Origin: an uncultured Alphaproteobacteria bacterium
GTDB taxonomy: Bacteria; Pseudomonadota; Alphaproteobacteria; Rs-D84
Reading direction: 5' to 3'
Length of the DNA: 64,000 bases
NCBI GenBank assembly: GCA_944389495.1
Contig: CALXMN010000002.1
Location: forward strand, 85,704 to 149,703
In this document: in pieces, positions 45,074 to 54,373 of the stretch
Numbering within the stretch: position 1 is the first letter of the stretch
Layout of the letters: each line of letters starts with the position of its first letter
Program-made: the position numbers and the translations under genes
Notes under the pieces: generated by a model
What the model was told of the DNA's origin: nothing
The model's input: the letters and a program-made list of their open reading frames with translations, nothing else
The model's database searches: none

Positions 45074-46285
45074 ATGAAAAAATTAACAGCAGGCATTTTT
45101 GCAACATTATTGGCCGTGGTTTCGGCCGATGGGGCATACGCAGCAATCGCATCCAAGGGATACGTTGATGACCAGGTTGGTGCAGTTGAATCAACGGTTT
45201 CAACCATCAATGAAACTGTGACCGAATTGGGTGATACAATTAATAACGCGGAAACCGGTTTGGGTAAACAGGTGGAAGATTTAAAAACCACTGTTGCCGA
45301 CAAGGCGGACTCTTCAACCGTTACCGCGTTGGATGGACGTGTTGATGCGGCCGAGGGCGAAATTGACGCGTTGCAAACCGCAGCAACAACGTATGCAACC
45401 AAAACGGAATTGGCTGGAAAGCAAGATACAATTGCCGGTGCACAGTTAGAGGCATTGAATTCAGGAATTACCGCGGACAAGGTAGGGGCATATGATGGTT
45501 ATGCCGCACAGATTTCTGGCAAGTTAGACACTGCAACAGCAGATGAAAAATATGCTGTTAAATCAACCGAGGGCGTTGCCAGTACAGCCAGCACAAATGC
45601 ACAAAAGGCATTAACAAACATTGGTACATTGTCTGAATTGACAACAGAAGCCAAGGGCAACACTGTTGCGGCAATCAATGAAGTAGCAAGCGAGGCCGCC
45701 GCCGCCGCCAGTGCAGCGTCCGCAGCAGATACCAAGGCCGGCCAGGCGCAATCAGACGCCGCCACCGCCCAGGGCGATGTTGACGCGTTGGAAGCGGTTG
45801 TGAACAATGAAACAACCGGTTTGGCCGCCGCGCATACCGCAATTGATGCCGTAGAAGGTCGGGTGACCACAGCCGAGGGTGAAATTGATTCCATCCAGTC
45901 AGAAATGGAAAAGATGGCAACATCTGAAACTGTTGCAGGCTTGAAAACAGACGTTGATGGTTTAAAGACAAGTAAGTTGGATAAAGCCACTTATGATTCT
46001 CAGGTCGGTACTGTAAGTGCTGGCAATATGGGAACAACGGCATCAACGGTTGTTACCGCTATCAAGGAAGTAAAGACACAGGCTGACAAGGGCGTTTCTG
46101 ATGCGGCAACTGCAAAATCAGCAGCAGACGCAGCCCAAGATGCAGCCGAAGCAGCACAGGCAACCGCCAATGCAGCCATCCCGAAACCAGATGGTGAATG
46201 TTCAAATCCGGCCAACAAGTGTGTGTTGACATGGAACAATTCAGCATATGCGTGGGAAGTGATTGAACGCGGCGCGGAGGAATAA
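45074..46285 (+). CDS. exported tail-fibre-like mosaic protein 3 (403 aa)
   Basis: RBS GGAAGGA. Signal peptide ...VVSADGAYA|AIASKGYVDDQV. Ala-rich coiled stalk. GAQLEALNSGITADKVGAYDGY. Tip GECSNPANKCVLTWNNSAYAWEVI. Confidence 0.75.
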   Translation: MKKLTAGIFATLLAVVSADGAYAAIASKGYVDDQVGAVESTVSTINETVTELGDTINNAETGLGKQVEDLKTTVADKADSSTVTALDGRVDAAEGEIDALQTAATTYATKTELAGKQDTIAGAQLEALNSGITADKVGAYDGYAAQISGKLDTATADEKYAVKSTEGVASTASTNAQKALTNIGTLSELTTEAKGNTVAAINEVASEAAAAASAASAADTKAGQAQSDAATAQGDVDALEAVVNNETTGLAAAHTAIDAVEGRVTTAEGEIDSIQSEMEKMATSETVAGLKTDVDGLKTSKLDKATYDSQVGTVSAGNMGTTASTVVTAIKEVKTQADKGVSDAATAKSAADAAQDAAEAAQATANAAIPKPDGECSNPANKCVLTWNNSAYAWEVIERGAEE

Positions 46286-46296
46286 TTGTGCCGATA

Positions 46297-46331
46297 TATA
46301 TGTGCGGTGTGAAACGCGCACCGCACATATA
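46297..46331 (+). terminator. 13-bp stem hairpin between fibre genes 3 and 4 (no clear U-tract)
   Basis: TATATGTGCGGTG-TGAAACGCG-CACCGCACATATA. Confidence 0.4.
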
Positions 46332-46402
46332 CAACCCAAAAAACAAAGCAGAGCAGAGTAGCGAAACTAAATAAACATTTATTAAGTTTTTGAGACACAG
46401 AT

Positions 46403-48577
46403 ATGATGAAAGTTAAAGGTATTTTCGCAGTTTCACTTATCGCCATAATGGTCGTTGGGGGGGCGTATGCCAATGTCGCGTCCAGTGGTTATGTCGATGA
46501 AAAAATCGACGGGTTGGCCACTGTTGCGAAAACGGGTGCGTATGGTGATTTGTCGGGTCGTCCGACCATTCCGACGGTGAATAACGCCACGTTGACCATC
46601 CAGAAAAATGGCGCCACCGTCGATACGTTTACTGCGAATGCGTCTGCGAACAAGACGATTAATATCACTGTGCCGACCCAAACCAGTCAATTGACCAACA
46701 ATAGTGGTTTTATTACCGCGGACGATTTGCCAGATGGTTATACTTTGCCGGTTGCAACCGCCAATGCGTTGGGTGGTGTGAAATCTGGTGGTGATATTAC
46801 TGTGGCGACCAGTGGCGCCGTGACTGTGAATAGTGCGACCCAGGCCGACAGAGCAACAACCGCCGCAAGTGCCACCAAGGCGACACAGGATGCGTCCGGG
46901 AATGTGATTACATCAACGTATGCAACGAAAACTGAATTAAACGCGAAGCAAAATGCCAGCACCGCCGTAGAGGTTGCCACCGCCGGAACCGCGGTTGGGG
47001 ATTCTACGCACCCGGTGTATGTTAATGCCAGTGGTGTTGCAACAAAAATAGACAAGGTTGCCGCCGCAGCCAAGGCCGATACTGCGACAAGTGCAACAAG
47101 GGCCACGACCGCAACCAATGCGACAAATGCAACCAATGCGACAAATGACGCAGATGGGAACGAGATTACCGAAACATACGCGACAAAATCTGAATTAACG
47201 TCCGGTTTGTCCGGAAAACAGGCGACTTTGTCGAGTGCGCAATTGAATGCGGTGAATTCTGGGATTACGTCGACCAAGGTATCAACCTATGACGGATATA
47301 ATGCGAAAATAACCGCCGCGCAGGATACCGCCGATGACGCCGTCGCCGCCGCCGCCGCCGCACAAAGCACGGCCAGTGGCAAGTTATCCAGCATATCGGG
47401 GTCAACCGGTGGAACGGGGAATGTGGTGACCAGTGTTTCGGCATCGGGGTCAACCGTTTCCGCAACCAAGGGTATAACCGCGGAAGAAACAAAAAATAAA
47501 GTGACCTCTGTGCGTGCCGCAGCCAGCGCGACTGATACTGCGTATCCGTCTGAAAAGGCCGTTGCCACCGCTTTGGCGACCAAGGCGAATACGTCCGCAC
47601 TGTCCGGGTATGCAACAACAACAGCGTTGGGTGCAGTCGAAGACAAGGCCGAAGCAGCGCAATCTGCGGCCAGTGCAGCGCAAAGCACCGCCAATGCCAA
47701 GGTTACTACCGCACAGGGTTCTGGTAATGCGAACAAGGCCGTGATTACAAATGCGTCCGGTAATATTACAACGGGACAAATTGCGTCGGGTATGATTGCC
47801 AATGGAGCGGTGTCGTCTGCCAAGATTGGTACAGGTGCGGTTGGAAATGGTAATTTGGCGAATAATGCGGTGACGTCTGCGAAAATTGCAGATGGCACAA
47901 TTACAAATGCCGATATTTCTGATGATGCCGCCATAGATGCCGCCAAAATCGACGGCTTGGCGACGGTCGCAACATCTGGGTCTTATAATGATTTGGCGAA
48001 TAAACCAAGCATTCCGACCGTGAATAATGCCAAGTTGACCATCCAGAAAAATGGTACGAATGTTGCGACGTTTACGGCGAATTCGGCCAGTGCGGCGACC
48101 GCGAATATTACTGTGCCGACCAAGACCAGTGAACTGACCAATGACAGCAATTTTGCCACAACCACCCAGGTGAACGCGCGTGTCGCAACCGCCCAGGGAA
48201 CGGATAATGCGAATGACGTTATGGTGGTGAATGCGTCCGGGAATGTGGCGCCTGCGTTGATTACGAATGCGAATATTTCCAGTTCGGCCGCAATCGCACA
48301 GAGCAAGATTTCGGGGCTGACCGATGCGTTGGCGGGCAAATTATCCACGGGTGGCACCGCGGCACGGGCCACGGCCGACGCCAGTGGGAATAATATTGTA
48401 AACACCTATGCGACCAAGTCGCAAATAACCGCACTGGACAGCACATCGACCGGCACCGGTGCCGTGGTGACGGGTGTATCCCAGAAGGATGGCAAGGTTT
48501 CCGTGACCAAGGGGAATGTTAAGATTCCGGTTGGTGGTGAAAGTGCAACGTCGTATGCGACAATTTGGATAGAATAA
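46403..48577 (+). CDS. exported tail-fibre-like mosaic protein 4 (724 aa)
   Basis: Signal peptide ...MVVGGAYA|NVASSGYVDEKI. Internal 69-aa duplication (GLATVAKTGAYGDLSGRPTIPTVNNATLTIQKNG... and GLATVATSGSYNDLANKPSIPTVNNAKLTIQKNG...). Motifs DASGNVITSTYATK, DADGNEITETYATK, DASGNNIVNTYATK, TAYPSEKAV. Ends SYATIWIE. Confidence 0.75.
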   Translation: MMKVKGIFAVSLIAIMVVGGAYANVASSGYVDEKIDGLATVAKTGAYGDLSGRPTIPTVNNATLTIQKNGATVDTFTANASANKTINITVPTQTSQLTNNSGFITADDLPDGYTLPVATANALGGVKSGGDITVATSGAVTVNSATQADRATTAASATKATQDASGNVITSTYATKTELNAKQNASTAVEVATAGTAVGDSTHPVYVNASGVATKIDKVAAAAKADTATSATRATTATNATNATNATNDADGNEITETYATKSELTSGLSGKQATLSSAQLNAVNSGITSTKVSTYDGYNAKITAAQDTADDAVAAAAAAQSTASGKLSSISGSTGGTGNVVTSVSASGSTVSATKGITAEETKNKVTSVRAAASATDTAYPSEKAVATALATKANTSALSGYATTTALGAVEDKAEAAQSAASAAQSTANAKVTTAQGSGNANKAVITNASGNITTGQIASGMIANGAVSSAKIGTGAVGNGNLANNAVTSAKIADGTITNADISDDAAIDAAKIDGLATVATSGSYNDLANKPSIPTVNNAKLTIQKNGTNVATFTANSASAATANITVPTKTSELTNDSNFATTTQVNARVATAQGTDNANDVMVVNASGNVAPALITNANISSSAAIAQSKISGLTDALAGKLSTGGTAARATADASGNNIVNTYATKSQITALDSTSTGTGAVVTGVSQKDGKVSVTKGNVKIPVGGESATSYATIWIE

Positions 48578-48607
48578 AAAATCCCCGCCATCCGGCGGGA
48601 TTTTTTA
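48576..48607 (+). terminator. intrinsic terminator ending the fibre array
   Basis: AAAAAATCCCCGCC-ATCC-GGCGGGATTTTTT. Confidence 0.8.
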
Positions 48608-48670
48608 TTAGTGTGCAAAGTGAAGAATATATAGTGCAGATGTTGTCCGTGCGAATGCGCGGATTTTTTA

Positions 48671-48871
48671 TGGATTGCCACGCTTCGCTCGCAATGACAA
48701 AAAGTGGGGCAATGACGAGTGGTTGGTGATGTGGATTGCCACGCTTCGCTCGCAATGACAAAGGGTGGGGGGCAATGACAAGGGGGCGGAGAGTTCAAGG
48801 AAACATAGGGAGGTCGCGCGAATGTGCGCGCATATAATTACTGGATTGCCACGCTTCGCTCGCAATGACAA
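48671..48871. repeat. three perfect copies of a 30-bp dyad-containing repeat
   Basis: TGGATTGCCACGCTTCGCTCGCAATGACAA occurs at 48671-48700, 48732-48761 and 48842-48871, with an internal ATTGC...GCAAT dyad. Each copy is followed by a G-rich tail (GTGGGG...CAATGAC). Spacers are 31 and 80 bp. Confidence 0.9.
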
Positions 48872-49073
48872 GTGGTGGGGTGGCGGACAGTTGTCTGGTG
48901 TCAAGCCCGTCGGGTTCGTGCATAATGTATGCACCGGCAAACACGCAATATACGGACTTGTTGGGTATATATAATTTTACAGCCGCCTGTCCGTTGGAAT
49001 AAATTTGGGTTGCTGATTCAGTTTTTTTACTGGATTTTCAACATCGGACACAATGTGTGGGGGATCGTCGAAT

Positions 49074-49649
49074 TTAAAACAGCGATATTAATCCAATGCC
49101 GAAAAATGCCGCGATAATCGCCCCAATTGTTAATGGCCAGAAATATTTTTTTACGATCGCATTTGCGCGTTCTTGGAAAAAATACAGCAATGTTGCAATT
49201 ATTGCAAAACGGCCCGTACGGAATATCGCAGAAATCGCAACAAATATCCATAACGGATAGCCAATAAATCCAAGCCACAATGCCAATAATTTGTACGGTA
49301 TTGGGGTTACCGCCGTCAGTACGATTATTAGTATGCCGTATTTGCCGAACATCGGCTTGATCGCCGTTTCAATTAATTCCGGATTGGTAAACGTGTTTAT
49401 TATCCATTGACCCAAAGAATCCCACAGCCACGCACCAATCATATATGCCAATATCCCACCAACTATTGATCCCAATGATGCAGCAATCGTAATCGGTAAT
49501 GCGCGTTTTTTGTTGGCTATGATAGGTGGGGTCATAAATACTTCGGGGGGGATAAATAAAAATATCGATTCGCAAATTGTTAAAATAAATACCAGCCAGG
49601 AATATGTTTTGCTTTCTGATTTACTTAGTATATATTCTGCGAATTTCAT
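49074..49649 (-). CDS. DedA/YqaA-family membrane protein
   Basis: WLVFILTICESIFLFIPPEVFMTPP...LGSIVGGILAYMIGAWLW..., the typical YqaA-type SNARE-associated domain. 191 aa. Confidence 0.7.
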   Translation of the reverse strand: MKFAEYILSKSESKTYSWLVFILTICESIFLFIPPEVFMTPPIIANKKRALPITIAASLGSIVGGILAYMIGAWLWDSLGQWIINTFTNPELIETAIKPMFGKYGILIIVLTAVTPIPYKLLALWLGFIGYPLWIFVAISAIFRTGRFAIIATLLYFFQERANAIVKKYFWPLTIGAIIAAFFGIGLISLF

Positions 49650-49736
49650 AGATGTTTCCCCGGTTTTGACAAAAAATTTACTTGATTGTAATTTATTATT
49701 TTATAATTTACAATCATTATATATGCGAGATTTAAA

Positions 49737-50090
49737 ATGAAACGACAAAATAATAATTCTAATCGGGCCCAGCGGGTGGCCAGTAAAGTACAAACACTGG
49801 TCGCGGAAATTTTGCGCGATGAATTTGGTGATGATAAATTGATTTCGGGGGTGTCATTGGTTGGGGCCGTGGCGCACGGTGGACTGCAGTTTGTGCGACT
49901 GTTTTACTATTCGCGTAATATGGATGTTAATGCGGTGCAAAAAAAACTGGACGATGTTACAAAAACGGTGCGATATGAACTGGCCGCGCGGATGAATCAA
50001 AAGTATGTGCCGGATATTAAATTCGAATATGACGATACGTTGGATCGGGCCGAACGTATCGATAAACTGTTGGACAAATTGGATGACTGA
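49737..50090 (+). CDS. rbfA: ribosome-binding factor A
   Basis: NRAQRVASKVQTLVAEILRDE...VRLFYYS...KYVPDIKFEYDDTLDRAERIDKLL fits the RbfA pattern (RxxRVxxxxxxxxxxxL; vPxLxFxyDxs). 117 aa. Confidence 0.75.
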   Translation: MKRQNNNSNRAQRVASKVQTLVAEILRDEFGDDKLISGVSLVGAVAHGGLQFVRLFYYSRNMDVNAVQKKLDDVTKTVRYELAARMNQKYVPDIKFEYDDTLDRAERIDKLLDKLDD

Positions 50091-50091
50091 A

Positions 50092-50559
50092 ATGAAACCG
50101 GGTATTGAACGTGTTATAAGTGTTAATATGAACTTGTTGCGCGATTGTTATTATATAGTGGATCAGACGCGCCCGGGTGATGCGATGGCACTGTATGCCA
50201 CTTTGCGCGATGATGTTGAAAAACGTGGGCATATTATGTTTGTCTTTAATGGGGCGGTATTCCCGTTGGGCTTTATCAAAGGGCAAATTTTACGCAGGCC
50301 TGATTTTAAAAATGATGCGCAAAGTTTAATCCAGGCCAAGGCAGATATGTTATATGTTGATAAAAAATATCAAAATAATGGTATTGGACAATCTTTGTTG
50401 CGCGCGTATGAAGATTACTGTGCGCAAAATGGGGTGGGGCAAATCGTTCTGTACAGTGCGCCAACGCAACAGGCGTTACGTTTCTATGCAAAAAATGGTT
50501 ACGAGTGTGTGAATAATAACTATTTGATGCGGCGAAATTTAAATTTACACGGGCGATAA
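50092..50559 (+). CDS. GNAT-family N-acetyltransferase
   Basis: ATG 50092 (the ORF opens at 50005 inside rbfA). Motif A YVDKKYQNNGIGQSLLRAYEDY, then ALRFYAKNGYE. Confidence 0.7.
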   Translation: MKPGIERVISVNMNLLRDCYYIVDQTRPGDAMALYATLRDDVEKRGHIMFVFNGAVFPLGFIKGQILRRPDFKNDAQSLIQAKADMLYVDKKYQNNGIGQSLLRAYEDYCAQNGVGQIVLYSAPTQQALRFYAKNGYECVNNNYLMRRNLNLHGR

Positions 50560-50631
50560 AAACAGATTGAAAATCTTGTTATACTGGTGTATCATTGCCG
50601 CATAGTTTCACGGTCAGCACCAGGATTTTCT

Positions 50632-52431
50632 ATGAAACAACAAAATATCAGGAACTTTGCAATTGTCGCGCATATCGATCACGGAAAATCAACTTTGTCA
50701 GACAGGTTGATTGAATATACCGGTGGATTGCAATCGCGCGAGATGAAGGCCCAGGTGCTGGATTCTATGGATATTGAACGGGAACGCGGAATTACAATCA
50801 AGGCGCAGACGGTGCGATTGAACTATACCGCAAAAGATGGCCAGGTTTATCAATTGAACTTGATGGATACGCCAGGACACGTTGATTTCTCGTACGAGGT
50901 GTCGCGTTCGTTGGCCGCGTGCGAGGGGGCATTAATTCTGGTTGATGCAACCCAGGGTGTCCAGGCGCAAACTTTGGCAAATGCGTATTTGGCATTGGAT
51001 AACGATTTGGAAATGTTGCCTGTCTTGAATAAAATTGATTTGCCGTCCAGTGATGTTGATGCAACGCGGGAACAAATTGCAGATGTTATCGGATTGGATG
51101 CGTCCGACGCGATATGTGTTTCCGGCAAAACAGGCGCCGGGGTGCCGGAATTGTTGGAAGAAATTGTTCATAAACTGCCCGCGCCACGCGGAAACGAAAA
51201 TGCACCCGCGCGCGCATTGTTGGTTGATTCTTGGTATGATTCTTATTTGGGGGTCGTGATTCTGGTGCGGGTTGTTGATGGTACGTTGTCGCGTGGACAA
51301 AAAATTCGCTTTATTGCAACCGGGGCGGAATATGTTATCGAAAAAATCGGTTACTTTACACCGAAGATGGTCGATGCCGATTCGATCGCAACCGGGGAAA
51401 TTGGTTTTATTATCACAGGAATGAAAACAATTCACGACTGTAAGGTCGGTGATACAATTGTTGACGCCCGTACGGGTGAAAAGTGTGAGCCGTTGCCGGG
51501 TTTTAAGCCGTCTGTGCCGGTGGTGTTCGCGTCGTTCTTTCCGGTGGTGGCCGATGATTATCCGGCATTGCGGGATGGGGCGGAAAAGTTGGCGTTAAAC
51601 GATGCATCTTTTGTGTTTACGGTTGAAAAATCATCTGCGCTGGGGTTTGGGTTGCGGTGCGGTTTTTTGGGTTTGCTGCATATGGAAATTATCAGTGAAC
51701 GGCTGCGTCGTGAATTTGGTTTGAATTTGATAAATACTGTTCCCAGTGTGTTGTACAAGGTTTATTTGCGTGACGGTTCCGTTATTGATTTGGAAAATCC
51801 CGCAGATATGCCCGATCAAACGCGTATCGCATCAATCGAAGAACCCTGGGTGCGGGCAACAATTATGATGCCTGATAAATATATGGGTGGAATTATGTCG
51901 TTGTGTTCGGAACGACGCGGTGTCCAGGAAAATATATCATATGTGGGTAATCGGGCCGTGTTGGTTTATCAATTGCCTTTGGCGGAAATCGTGTTTGATT
52001 TTTATGATCGGGTGAAATCTTTGTCGTCGGGGTATGCTTCGTTTGATTATGTCGTGCAGGGATACAGACCGTCCGATTTGGTTAAGGTATCAATTCTGGT
52101 TAATGATGAAAATGTGGAACCGTTATCTTTTATGTGTCATCGCAGTTTCGCAGAAAAACGCGGGCGTCAGATTGTTGAACGATTAAAAAATTTAATCCCG
52201 CGGCATCAATTTAAAATTCCATTACAGGCGGCCATCGGTGGAAAAATTATCGCGCGTGAAACAATTGCCGCATATCGTAAAGATGTTACCGCAAAATGCT
52301 ATGGCGGGGATATTACGCGCAAAAGAAAATTGTTGGAGAAGCAGAAGGAGGGAAAAAAACGTATGCGTACATTTGGTAATGTTGAAATACCACAATCGGC
52401 ATTTATCAATGCGCTTAAGGTGGGTGACTAA
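50632..52431 (+). CDS. lepA: translation elongation factor 4 (LepA)
   Basis: ATG 50632 ([26 protein letters not shown]). [13 protein letters not shown]. LepA-specific C-terminus [24 protein letters not shown]. Confidence 0.9.
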   Translation: MKQQNIRNFAIVAHIDHGKSTLSDRLIEYTGGLQSREMKAQVLDSMDIERERGITIKAQTVRLNYTAKDGQVYQLNLMDTPGHVDFSYEVSRSLAACEGALILVDATQGVQAQTLANAYLALDNDLEMLPVLNKIDLPSSDVDATREQIADVIGLDASDAICVSGKTGAGVPELLEEIVHKLPAPRGNENAPARALLVDSWYDSYLGVVILVRVVDGTLSRGQKIRFIATGAEYVIEKIGYFTPKMVDADSIATGEIGFIITGMKTIHDCKVGDTIVDARTGEKCEPLPGFKPSVPVVFASFFPVVADDYPALRDGAEKLALNDASFVFTVEKSSALGFGLRCGFLGLLHMEIISERLRREFGLNLINTVPSVLYKVYLRDGSVIDLENPADMPDQTRIASIEEPWVRATIMMPDKYMGGIMSLCSERRGVQENISYVGNRAVLVYQLPLAEIVFDFYDRVKSLSSGYASFDYVVQGYRPSDLVKVSILVNDENVEPLSFMCHRSFAEKRGRQIVERLKNLIPRHQFKIPLQAAIGGKIIARETIAAYRKDVTAKCYGGDITRKRKLLEKQKEGKKRMRTFGNVEIPQSAFINALKVGD

Positions 52432-52448
52432 AATAAAAAGGTATTATA

Positions 52449-52856
52449 ATGATTGTTGAAAGTTTTAAGTATGTATTGAAAACGCCGTTGAAGCAAATTA
52501 TGGCGGATATTCACGAATATGATGAAGTGCGTATGAAATGTCGGGTGGCACGATTTGTTTGTGAAAATGCATATAGGATGTTGGTAAAAAATGCGCCCAA
52601 TTTAAAATTTGCAGGTAAATTGAATGCCTGTATCGTACGATGGATTGATTTAAAAATTGATGCAGAAAATGGCGGTTTGACACATAATTTTTATTCTAAG
52701 ATTTGTGATGACTATGATGATAAAATGCCGTGCAAAAATGTAAACTGTGTATGTTATATGAATAATCAGGAATATTTCGATTTAGTAAAAGAACGCGACA
52801 GATTAGAAAAAGTGAAAAAGAATTTTTGGAAAAATAAAACAATGCGTGTTGAATAA
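52449..52856 (+). CDS. hypothetical Cys-containing protein
   Basis: 135-aa ORF between lepA and the integrase-like gene. No motif recognised. Confidence 0.4.
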   Translation: MIVESFKYVLKTPLKQIMADIHEYDEVRMKCRVARFVCENAYRMLVKNAPNLKFAGKLNACIVRWIDLKIDAENGGLTHNFYSKICDDYDDKMPCKNVNCVCYMNNQEYFDLVKERDRLEKVKKNFWKNKTMRVE

Positions 52857-52878
52857 CTTTTAACCAAAGGGGCGATGG

Positions 52879-53877
52879 ATGGCGCACCAGTTCTTTTTTA
52901 ATCCGTTCATATTGGATAATTTGCCGGCACCCAGTGTCGGATTTGATGTTGTCCAAGATGTGTCCGAACCACGGCTTAGAATGTATGTGACAAGTCGGGG
53001 GGTCAAGACCTTTTTTGTGCGCAAGCGGGTTCACGGGCGCGATAAACGTATTATTATCGGTAACTATCCGGATATTGATATAGAAACCGCACGTGGTGCG
53101 GTGCCCGAAATATTGGCCGCCGCCCAAGAAAAACCGCGTACGCACAGAAAAAAAATAAGTTTGAAAAAATTCTTGGAAATTTATTTGGAAAAACGGGTGC
53201 GTCGTAACAGTGTGTCACGTGATAAATTGGAACGCGCAATTGCAAATCATTTGGGGCCGATTCTTGATAAAAATATTTCTGATATTACGGCCGATGATAT
53301 TGCGGAAACAATCGCGGAAATTAATGGCCCCGCCATTGCGGGACGTATGCAAGAATTTTTGCAAAGCGTTTTTAGATATGCAATTGATTCAGGATATGCC
53401 AAACAAAATCCAGTTGTGGGATTGGCCAAGATAAAACAAAATCGTCGTGTGCGACCGTTGAATAAAGCCGGTTTTCACAGACTTATGAACGCCATAGAGC
53501 GTGAAGATGATATAAATATGCGTGCCGCGTTTTTAATGTTGGTTTATGGATTCGCGCCAAAGTCCCAGGTGTTTTCTATGCAGTGGCGCGATTTGGATTT
53601 TAATCATTATACGTGGTGTGAACGGCCGCTGTCGGACAGGGCGGTTGTATTGTTACAGGATTTACCACAAAATGGGCGTTGGGTTTTCCCGGGACGTGGG
53701 CGCGGCCATCTTACCGATCCGCGTGTGGCGTGGCGGCGTGTGGCCAAAAATTCAGGAATACCAAATTTGACAATGGATGATGTTAATAAGTTCTTGATGC
53801 GGCAATTGGTTTGGACTTCGGATAAAGAAGTTTTTCGTGATAATATGAATGCATTGTTGAACGAGGTTTTGGCATAA
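52879..53877 (+). pseudogene. degenerate P4-type tyrosine integrase homologue (arm/DUF4102-like N-terminus kept, catalytic residues not recognisable)
   Basis: The N-terminus LRMYVTSRGVKTFFVRKRVHGRDKRIIIGNYPDIDIETARGAV matches the integrase arm domain. In the catalytic half, YGFAPKSQVFSMQWRDLDF replaces TGxRxxE, TMDDVNKFLMRQL replaces HxxR, and there is no terminal LxH...Y. At 332 aa it is shorter than the usual ~400 aa. The ORF is intact, so it could also be a repurposed non-catalytic protein. Confidence 0.55.
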
Positions 53878-54011
53878 ACATATATTTTTGCCTTTGTCAA
53901 GTTTTTGTTATCGTTTGTTATAATTCCTTGACACTTGGGGCATAAAATGATAGTTTTACATAATGACGCCCAAAGTTGGGCCACAAATTTAACAAAAACA
54001 AAGGATAAAAA

Positions 54012-54245
54012 ATGACAACTTTTGAAAAAGTAAGAAAAATCGTAGCGGACAAATTGGGTGTTCAGGAAGCTAAGATTGAAGAAACATCCGCATTTGTAAA
54101 TGATTTGGGTGCCGATTCATTGGACGTTGTTGAATTCGTTATGGAAGTTGAAAAAGAATTCGATATTACCATCCCGGATGAAGAAGCCGCAAAGTTGACA
54201 ACGGTTGGTGATGCCGTTAAGTATATCGAAGCACACAAAAAATAA
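54012..54245 (+). CDS. acpP: acyl carrier protein
   Basis: [29 protein letters not shown]. 77 aa. Confidence 0.95.
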   Translation: MTTFEKVRKIVADKLGVQEAKIEETSAFVNDLGADSLDVVEFVMEVEKEFDITIPDEEAAKLTTVGDAVKYIEAHKK

Positions 54246-54373
54246 TTCTGGGGTGATTATTATCACATACCAAAAAATCCGTCGCGGTGTTTTTTATCGT
54301 TGACGGATTTTTTTCTGTACGTGTGGTAATAAACAGGTTATTATTGGTGTGTCTTAGATAAAGGATAAAAAGT

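Noticed and set aside
40561-48577. Interpreting the fibre array as part of a prophage, tailocin or GTA.
   Set aside because: No capsid, portal, terminase, tape-measure, sheath, tube, baseplate, holin or endolysin genes occur within 40 kb upstream or 15 kb downstream. All four proteins carry Sec signal peptides, which phage fibres lack. The flanks are core envelope genes. This remains formally testable on the full genome.
48671-48871. CRISPR array.
   Set aside because: There are only three repeats. The spacers are unequal (31 and 80 bp) and themselves contain partial repeat copies. There are no cas genes or leader in the window. The repeat resembles dispersed palindromic elements.
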